DNA of 64,000 nucleotides, from positions 1 through 64,000 of IMG/VR virus record IMGVR_UViG_3300045922_000709; one strand, written 5' to 3'. This DNA comes from a virus. The notes beneath the pieces were generated by a model. That model made no database searches, was not told where the DNA came from, and saw only the letters and a program-made list of their open reading frames with translations. Shown in pieces: positions 58,001-64,000 of this stretch. Position 1 is the stretch's first letter, and every line of letters begins with the position of its first letter. Both the position numbers and the translations under genes were made by a program.

Positions 58001-59533
58001 AATACCTATTGGTCTTGCTTTAATAGGTTCTATATCAAAAGGGTTTAGACTTCTAGTAAAAAAAGGTAATTGCTCATTGTCAGGAATAGTCCAATGCCTA
58101 ATACCTTGGCCATATAAATCAGCACCTGTGAATTTATCAAAATAATAATCTTTTTCATTATATTTTACTGAAGAAATATAAGTGTTTAAAGGCCCTGTTT
58201 GAACATCTAAAGAATCATTAAATGAAAAATTTCTTATTATAAAACCAGCGTCTGATATATCGCTAAAAGGCTGATTAATAGATTCTCCCGGTCTTACGTC
58301 AGCAGGTATATGATGAACAAAAGTTTCTTCTCCTGTTTTTAGTTTAGCTACAATACCGAAGCTATATGTTTCTCCTCTTCTATATCCTTTTTTAAAATAA
58401 GTGTAATTTTCAAATTTATATAAAGGTTTTGCTTTAGTATTTAATGAAATTAAAGCTTCTTTTTCATAAAGCCATTCTAATTCTAATCTATTAGCTATTA
58501 ATTGCAAATCTACTTGTGATTTCTTTTTTAAATTAGCTAAAAACAATATGTTGTCTTTTTGAATTATATGAGCAGCACTTGAATAAATTGTTCTTATATC
58601 TGCAATTTGTTCAACTGTTAATTTCTCATCTTTTAATAATCCATCGAAAGTAACATTCATAGAAGATCCTTCTATAATTTTTCTTGCAAATATTGAAGAT
58701 TGAAAAGAAGAATCTCCACCAGTAAAATAAATTACAGCAATCTCTAAATATTTATAGTTTTCGTCAATGTTTTCTATATTAAGTTTTATAGATTTTGATA
58801 CAGGGGGTGCATCGAAATTTTCACCATCGTAATTTTGCCAATCTTCATCTGGGTTTTCATTAACAATAGGTATTATGTTTGTAACATAACCAAATCCTGT
58901 AGGGTCTAAATTTTCATTTAAATATCTTGCTGTAAACTGATAAACCCCGCATTTTAATTGACCGCCTTCTACAATCTTATCTAAAAATATATGAGGATAT
59001 TTATAGTTGTCTTGAAGTCTTAATTGATTACTAAGTTGTCTAAATTTTTCAACCGTATAATCTTTGTTTATGTTTATAACCCTTGGATAATTTAAATTAT
59101 CAACAAAATATACTAATATTTGACCATTAAAATCTTTTTTAGCTGTTGAATTAATATGATAATTTATATCGAAATTTAATCTTTGTTCAGGGTCTATAAA
59201 TCCATTTAACCAATAAATTGAGTCTAAATCATCTACAACAATATTGTAAATATTATTTTGTATATAACCTATTTGAGAAGAAAATTCAGATTTAGAAAAT
59301 ATAACAATTATGTCATCAATCTGACAAAATCCTAAAATAATTGAATTAGGTCTTTTTAAATTAAAATCACTATATATTTTAAAACCTTCTTCATTAGATA
59401 AAGAATAAGTTGAAGATCCATCGAGACTATTTAACACTACATTTCGAGCATCTACATATTGAGATTGATTTATTAGAGATGGGTGAACATCTTTATTTAA
59501 ACCTTTTTCAAAAGAATTTACATGATGATTCAT
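55022..59533 (-). CDS. Tail stabilization / muzzle protein (P22 gp10-like, crAss Tstab)
   Basis: N-terminal NSFxKGLNKD...YxDAxN; YNGDTFI; TWTSFHDY; synteny. Confidence 0.8.
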   Translation of the reverse strand: MNHHVNSFEKGLNKDVHPSLINQSQYVDARNVVLNSLDGSSTYSLSNEEGFKIYSDFNLKRPNSIILGFCQIDDIIVIFSKSEFSSQIGYIQNNIYNIVVDDLDSIYWLNGFIDPEQRLNFDINYHINSTAKKDFNGQILVYFVDNLNYPRVININKDYTVEKFRQLSNQLRLQDNYKYPHIFLDKIVEGGQLKCGVYQFTARYLNENLDPTGFGYVTNIIPIVNENPDEDWQNYDGENFDAPPVSKSIKLNIENIDENYKYLEIAVIYFTGGDSSFQSSIFARKIIEGSSMNVTFDGLLKDEKLTVEQIADIRTIYSSAAHIIQKDNILFLANLKKKSQVDLQLIANRLELEWLYEKEALISLNTKAKPLYKFENYTYFKKGYRRGETYSFGIVAKLKTGEETFVHHIPADVRPGESINQPFSDISDAGFIIRNFSFNDSLDVQTGPLNTYISSVKYNEKDYYFDKFTGADLYGQGIRHWTIPDNEQLPFFTRSLNPFDIEPIKARPIGIVIKNLEDILDQYPSIKDQIESISLVRQQRNTFSHKSVYSQGFANDMLLQDGVIPNVFRSDDSDFESFKTTEDKEKRVSNRDKDVTDYKASLIQNPFFGKTLIVDYNAVFFINGQIRYNFISGQIGTRVYFKIGTGSNDTYFPGHPNDLIKYNGIFPQKEPVGTFVFESIDPIARSSIFFYSPETVFLEKNFQIPNGCRLKPVADLSSFVSEVFDEKRTITSADAGTSGDLPPNFKLTAYDLSRGNYSDDVKFPLSLTPRSPYFHMFGQWLNPIKFYSKFINKTNIISSYQYAQSNGEIRGPETFTNLNTIIKGKYPLNMYDTESSVVMELDKDLYKSEYEGGILASIGVTYHNNDGAETWPDDCFTNFEINNDKNKLAGANALYYLDTNTSIPSNETIAKKDSGLNAYRYLYSIESENKSQYGELDANEYILVDTFYTNTPINTRLRKIKNSLLCYNGDTFISMFSYRNSIRINYRNSYVAWSGEDYKMPYGDDPLISGEMNGGWFRLFNKNGAELRMLHYLPVESDINCAYRHRPVERDNDGNVIKSGVPYYPKNDIVACLDYESEMGNSSGYNIQYSKENEIKKFILKPFGLIDIVEFPNRIVYSLNSIEQEQSDKYKYFLPNNFQEIPKDKGQITSLFDFNNTLYCHTERSLWRTFVNDKAIVPSTTNELILGTGGVLALPPNQIYNIKGGYCGTLHDRSVLNTPFGVFFVDNLQQKIFYFNGNAPEEISEQGLFNYFQNLLKDKIENKTQINNGILSLYDPSNRRIIFKIKDETISYSLFTKTWTSFHDYTPALSYFLNNKFYITRDGVLYETDRKRMGYYINNFYDSYITYVSNGDPALSKTFDNIIVNCEFRNSDQLVKFLNFFYKLECFNEKQYSGIVDLKVVDKSQPQYNIFEYNVNYTNSQYQIKIPFSATSDNNLNIFDILNNVKYSETIYNLLNNLPDYQRIPARFKGKYLIEKLIFNNERNKDHKFTLINTINIFRRNLR

Positions 59534-60264
59534 TATACAACACCTTTATTAAATGTATTAAAATCTTGTCTTAAATCAGTAGAGTTTGCATATCCAAAAA
59601 TAGATTGACCAATTGTAGGCAACAGCCTATTGTAAGCGTTTCCAATAGCTACAATCTCATCGGGCGAAGGCATGGTAATTGTCGATATAAATTTTAATAT
59701 TTTTTTTCTATATTCAGCATGATGAAATTTATATAATTCTGGGCTTGCGCCTTTAGTTTTCATATATTCTGCATATTTAAGTTTATATGTAAAGTATTCT
59801 ATACAAGCTTCTACAAAAAGAGCATGGTCAGGAACCAAAGGTAATCCGTGTTCATCTAAATGAAATCCTAAATAAAATAAATCTATTTCACCTTTTTCAT
59901 AAGATATAAACAATTTATCATTACTTACAGTGTAAGAATCCAAAGGTATTAAATGTGTAAATTTAGTTTTATCTATTTCACCTAAATGAAGTAAAGTGGT
60001 CGGTAAATTTGTTTTTCTTAAAAAAGTATCTCCATATTTTACTTGAACCACATTAATTAAATCACAAGGTAAATCTGCTACATGATTATTTATTTTTATT
60101 TTTTCATATTTATTCACCATTGTAGCAGTAAATCGATTTTGTTCCATAATGGAATAAATCCATTCTAATAACCTGTTTTCGCCAATTGTTTTATCTAAAT
60201 CAGAATCTAAATAAAATTGAGCTATTATAAATAAAGGACTTTTAAATCTTAACGTGTTTGCCAT
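59533..60264 (-). CDS. Tail ring/tubular protein
   Basis: ADLPCD, LxYxGxxLDExGLPLVPD; position before Tstab. Confidence 0.7.
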   Translation of the reverse strand: MANTLRFKSPLFIIAQFYLDSDLDKTIGENRLLEWIYSIMEQNRFTATMVNKYEKIKINNHVADLPCDLINVVQVKYGDTFLRKTNLPTTLLHLGEIDKTKFTHLIPLDSYTVSNDKLFISYEKGEIDLFYLGFHLDEHGLPLVPDHALFVEACIEYFTYKLKYAEYMKTKGASPELYKFHHAEYRKKILKFISTITMPSPDEIVAIGNAYNRLLPTIGQSIFGYANSTDLRQDFNTFNKGVV

Positions 60265-60776
60265 CTTTGTTTTAAATAATTAAAAGCATAATCGAATAAC
60301 TTGTGTTTTACAAACTTAGAACTTTTAAATCTATAAAGTTTTTTTGTGTAATTTAATCTACCTAATTGAATAGAAGTGACTATTCTATAATAATAACCAT
60401 TAGAGTGTTCATTAAAGAAATATTGAGGACAACCTTCTGCAATACTCCCTTTAATATTATATAATGGCTTCATAACTAATAGTTTAATTCTACTTAAGCG
60501 CAATCCATAACTATTAAATATCTTGCTATTATATATAACTTCGTCTAAAATAGTTATAAAAAGTGATTTTAAATATCTTTTAAATTCTTGTCTAGATAAA
60601 GGTTTAATATCTAATTCTCTACATCTAAAACAATAAACTCTATAAAAAATAAAAAAACCCACCACAAGGTGGGGATTAGATAATCTTGAAAATACATGGG
60701 TATTAAAAGGAAATTGCTCGCTTATTTCAGATAAAGCGATGTATTTACTCTCCTTCTTTTTGATTGTCTTTTCCAT
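60249..60776 (-). CDS. Basic, putative IHF/HU-like DNA-binding protein of the crAss tail module
   Basis: Basic; FFNEHSNGYYY; lies between ring-protein genes. Confidence 0.55.
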   Translation of the reverse strand: MEKTIKKKESKYIALSEISEQFPFNTHVFSRLSNPHLVVGFFIFYRVYCFRCRELDIKPLSRQEFKRYLKSLFITILDEVIYNSKIFNSYGLRLSRIKLLVMKPLYNIKGSIAEGCPQYFFNEHSNGYYYRIVTSIQLGRLNYTKKLYRFKSSKFVKHKLFDYAFNYLKQRWQTR

Positions 60777-61410
60777 CGTTGTTGTCGTAAGGTCTCATTG
60801 AAGCATAATAAGAAGTGTATTTTTGTAAAATATTTTGAGTTAATTCAGGAATCATATGAGCAGCTATCGGATAATTTGACTCTTCTGTATAACAATAACT
60901 ACCGTCACAAGTTGTATATTCTTTAACTTCTTCAGGATTTTTAAATATACCTCTAGCCGTTATATATTTCAACCCTTTTGGATTAATTACATATAGTTTT
61001 TTATTCATATAAAAAACTCTTGTTTTATCTCCAGTGTATTTTAAATTTTTAATATTTATCGCATGATGATATTTTATCATATCTATCGGTCTTTTATTAA
61101 CCGTTCCAACAAAAGTTATAAGCTCTATAATAGGTTCAGGAATTTCTTTTGTTTTCCAAATCACTGTGCCGCTTGAAAAACCTATTTCGCAACATTCAAT
61201 TTCATCAGCGCAATGTAATTCTAAACAGCCTAAATCTTGAACAACATCTTCATATATTGTATTAAAAGTTAAAAAATCTTTAAGTAATAAAAAAACTCTT
61301 TCGGAATTTATCCAAAATTTGATTTGTTCTAATTGAAGTTTTTCATCATCTGATGTTCTACCACCAGTTAAACTGTTTAATATATTATAAGAAAGTTCGC
61401 TTAATGTCAC
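60745..61410 (-). CDS. Tail tubular/ring protein (crAss Ttub-like)
   Basis: QIKFWINSERxxL, QDLGCLEL, RGIFKNP, YPI; GTG start. Confidence 0.7.
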   Translation of the reverse strand: MTLSELSYNILNSLTGGRTSDDEKLQLEQIKFWINSERVFLLLKDFLTFNTIYEDVVQDLGCLELHCADEIECCEIGFSSGTVIWKTKEIPEPIIELITFVGTVNKRPIDMIKYHHAINIKNLKYTGDKTRVFYMNKKLYVINPKGLKYITARGIFKNPEEVKEYTTCDGSYCYTEESNYPIAAHMIPELTQNILQKYTSYYASMRPYDNNDGKDNQKEGE

Positions 61411-61934
61411 GGCGCATAAGGTAAAGCAGGTGGATAAATAGAATTAACAAAAGTTATTGCAAAAGAATATATATCAATGCCTTCAGGATAAGTTTGTTCA
61501 TCATAAGTTAAAGAAGTTATTTCTAATTTTATTTTCCAAGAAGGATATAATCTTACAGCATTAAAAGAAGGAGATAAAAAAATGTCAGGAAAAGAAATAG
61601 TATTTTCATTTGAAACATATCTTGGATTATCGTCTTCGTCTAAAATTTCATATTTATGTCCAATTTCACATTCTTGATTTGATTCTATATATGCAAAAGT
61701 TAAAACAATACATGTATCTGTATCATTTGTAAAAATATTACCAATTACGCCAGTTTCCGTTATAGTAAATTTATTTTCTTGAATAATTACTGGCGAATTG
61801 TTACTTGTTGTTTCAGCATTCCATTCACCACTTCTAAACACTAAACTCTTACCTTCAAGATTATTATTAGCTTGAGGTTTTGAATTATTGTTTAATGGAA
61901 ATTCTTCAATTGTTATTTTCCGTCCGTTGCTCAT
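61407..61934 (-). CDS. Hypothetical (probably structural) protein
   Basis: ORF track; beta-rich. Confidence 0.6.
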   Translation of the reverse strand: MSNGRKITIEEFPLNNNSKPQANNNLEGKSLVFRSGEWNAETTSNNSPVIIQENKFTITETGVIGNIFTNDTDTCIVLTFAYIESNQECEIGHKYEILDEDDNPRYVSNENTISFPDIFLSPSFNAVRLYPSWKIKLEITSLTYDEQTYPEGIDIYSFAITFVNSIYPPALPYAP

Positions 61935-62220
61935 TTGATTTACCTAAATAAGAAGTTAAAAAATTTATAATTTGTTTAAAAAACAATTCATAAAAAGATG
62001 TTAAAACACAGTAGTTTATAACTAAAACTGGCCAAGTAGCATAATTTAAAATATAATATATAAAAGCTATAATTGTAGCTATAAAAAATGTAAGATATGT
62101 TTTTTGAGTTCTGTTTAATTCTTTTTTAAATTGAGCTTTTATAATATTTGTTATAAAAAATGTAATTGCAAAAACTAGCAATATATATTCTATATTAAAT
62201 AAAGAAGTTACCCATTCCAT
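61906..62220 (-). CDS. Putative holin (about 3 TM)
   Basis: Three hydrophobic segments and a charged C-terminus. Confidence 0.6.
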   Translation of the reverse strand: MEWVTSLFNIEYILLVFAITFFITNIIKAQFKKELNRTQKTYLTFFIATIIAFIYYILNYATWPVLVINYCVLTSFYELFFKQIINFLTSYLGKSNEQRTENNN

Positions 62221-62462
62221 TTTATTAAATTAGAAATTAAAGTGGCTAAAAAAGAAACACCTATAGTTATAGTTATATAAGTTTGGTGTAATTTTGTTTT
62301 AAATTGTTCAAGAACAGTTATTCTTTTTTCTTGTTCTGTAACTTTATTTATAAGAGAATTGTTTCCATCAATACCTTGAATAATATAATGTAATTTATCA
62401 ACTTCTTTTTTTAAAGAGTTTATTTGTTCTTCTAAGTTCTTTTGAATGTTATATTCCATCAT
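62208..62462 (-). CDS. Small coiled-coil protein with C-terminal TM (XhlA-like/holin-like)
   Basis: EKRITVLE followed by a hydrophobic tail. Confidence 0.55.
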   Translation of the reverse strand: MMEYNIQKNLEEQINSLKKEVDKLHYIIQGIDGNNSLINKVTEQEKRITVLEQFKTKLHQTYITITIGVSFLATLISNLIKWNG

Positions 62463-63999
62463 CGTGAATAATAGTTAAGGTAAATTGATTAAACCCGGGA
62501 TCTCCACCAAAAAAAGGAGAAGTTTTAAGATCTGACTCATTAGGCGGTGTCAACCCTCTATGAATTATAACCATTATTCTATCTCCTGCTGTAACAGACA
62601 TAACACCTTGAAAAACAGCATTTGGTGCGGCTACTGTTTGTTGAAAATTACCACAACCCATGGTGGCTATATGCAAAGGATTGGATCCTGAATATATATT
62701 TCCCGATGGAGATACCCAAGCTCCATTTGAAGTAAATCTATCCCAATTTGTAGTTGAATAATTAACTAAATGCCACAAAAGACCATGGCGAGAATTTCTT
62801 GGGTAAGCATTTTGTCCAGGAGGCCCTGTTAATTGATTAAATGTTTCACCACCAGTTCCACTAGAAAAATAATGATCAGGATTATCATAATCTACACCAT
62901 CGGGTACTAATTTTGTTGCAGATATTGCAAACATACCGGTTGGTGTAAAATCAAAAATTGCAGTACCATCTGATGTAAATTCAAAAATCCTTGTATAATA
63001 ATATACTCGCTTATTTGTATGAGCTGTTTGATCATAACCATATGCTGTAAAACCATTAGGTGTACTTGATATAAAAGTGTTTTCATCAAAAGTAAGACTT
63101 GCATCATTTCCAATTACATTATTTGGAGTAGACCAAGGTATTAAAGCAATATAAGGTACAGCTATTCCACTAGATATTGGAAAAGATTCATTAAAATTTT
63201 TTCTATCAATACATAAATATATTTTAAATGTTCCAGCATTTTGTATACTATTTGACGCATTTCCCGGTATTACAATTGCTCTTGAACCATCTATAAAATC
63301 ATAATTATAATCAATACCATTTAATTTAATCGTGTTTTGAGGTCTTAATAAATTAGGTTTAGCTGATTCACCTGCTGAATTTCCATGCCAACTTCTTTTT
63401 AAATTATTTCTATTTGAAATATACACAACTTGATTTGTTGAAGCATCTGTTATTAAAACAGCTATTTTAAAATTTACTAAATTAGGATTATAGTTAGTGT
63501 TAATTGTATAAGATACTAAACTTAAAGATGTATTAGGTAATGCTAAAGCACCTCTTGTATAACCAATGATTGCTATTATAAAAGGATCTCCCGGATTACC
63601 TGTGTAAAAAACATTTGTTGGACATTGAGTGTTATGACTCTGAAGTAATTTGGCTTGTAAAAATTTATTTCCTTGAGTTATACCAGGATTAGGTACATCT
63701 TGTCCTATACCATCAGAAGCATAATTTAAAAATACTTGGGTGTTAAATACAGTGTTTTTAAAAGTAGTGGCTAAATTTGTAAAACCATCTGTGGTATTTG
63801 TAGTATTGTCTCCAAGAGGATTAATAAAACTTTTATGATTATCTATTATACCTGCAGTTAAATCTACAACCGGACTTTCTACTATTATTTTAAATATTCT
63901 ACTAAAATTAGATGCACCATTACATTGACTAAAATTTAATCTTATTTTTAAAGTTTGAGCAAGAACAGGTGTTATACCTAAATATGTTAACGTTAATGT
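62449..63999 (-). CDS. C-terminal part of a structural/tail fibre-like protein, 5'-truncated by the window
   Basis: Frame stays open from 63426 to the window edge (hand translation TLTLTYLGITPVLAQ...); rich in G/T/N/P. Confidence 0.7.
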   Translation of the reverse strand, partial: TLTLTYLGITPVLAQTLKIRLNFSQCNGASNFSRIFKIIVESPVVDLTAGIIDNHKSFINPLGDNTTNTTDGFTNLATTFKNTVFNTQVFLNYASDGIGQDVPNPGITQGNKFLQAKLLQSHNTQCPTNVFYTGNPGDPFIIAIIGYTRGALALPNTSLSLVSYTINTNYNPNLVNFKIAVLITDASTNQVVYISNRNNLKRSWHGNSAGESAKPNLLRPQNTIKLNGIDYNYDFIDGSRAIVIPGNASNSIQNAGTFKIYLCIDRKNFNESFPISSGIAVPYIALIPWSTPNNVIGNDASLTFDENTFISSTPNGFTAYGYDQTAHTNKRVYYYTRIFEFTSDGTAIFDFTPTGMFAISATKLVPDGVDYDNPDHYFSSGTGGETFNQLTGPPGQNAYPRNSRHGLLWHLVNYSTTNWDRFTSNGAWVSPSGNIYSGSNPLHIATMGCGNFQQTVAAPNAVFQGVMSVTAGDRIMVIIHRGLTPPNESDLKTSPFFGGDPGFNQFTLTIIHDDGI

Positions 64000-64000
64000 A

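Noticed and set aside
37553-63113. Short + strand ORFs inside the giant genes (e.g. 40750-40968) and alternative-frame 62907-63113
   Set aside because: They are shadows of real genes. The hydrophobic 40750-40968 ORF is simply the antisense of the QN/EN microsatellite.
1-64000. Alternative genetic code (TAG/TGA recoding known in some Crassvirales)
   Set aside because: Giant ORFs are intact under code 11, TGA and TAG end genes at sensible positions, and neither tRNA is a suppressor (anticodon TAA reads TTA Leu).

Overview
This window is about 64 kb of an AT-rich dsDNA phage genome with the organisation of a crAss-like phage (Crassvirales or a close relative). A Bacteroidota host is inferred from gene content and from AT-rich start regions without Shine-Dalgarno sequences. 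There are two convergent arms that meet at a bidirectional terminator near 30.6 kb. The + arm (1-30.6 kb) begins with a putative early/host-takeover region: small ORFs, tandem paralogs, tRNA-Leu(TAA), tRNA-Arg(TCT), a type II hammerhead ribozyme, repeated small pseudoknots, a Tad2/DUF2829-like anti-defence gene and eight WG-repeat genes. It continues into a replication module (ThyX, family B DNA polymerase, dUTPase, RecT-like protein, SSB, primase, RusA-like resolvase, PD-(D/E)xK exonuclease, Dda-like helicase, class II RNR). The - arm (30.6-64 kb) encodes giant virion cargo proteins, including a 3780-aa virion RNA polymerase with the DFDID motif, then tail stabilization/ring proteins, holin-like proteins and a structural gene cut by the window edge. 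The main unexplained signals are: (i) a strand-specific 10-mer, TGTCGAACGC, seen 7 times within the first 7.8 kb, overlapping a strong TCGA excess; (ii) a cluster of covarying mini-pseudoknots plus a hammerhead between early genes; (iii) a WG-repeat expansion whose genes are joined in frame by single TAA codons; (iv) a 2307-aa cargo protein punctuated by recurring [YF]xxGG motifs. All calls come from motif recognition by eye. No searches were run.
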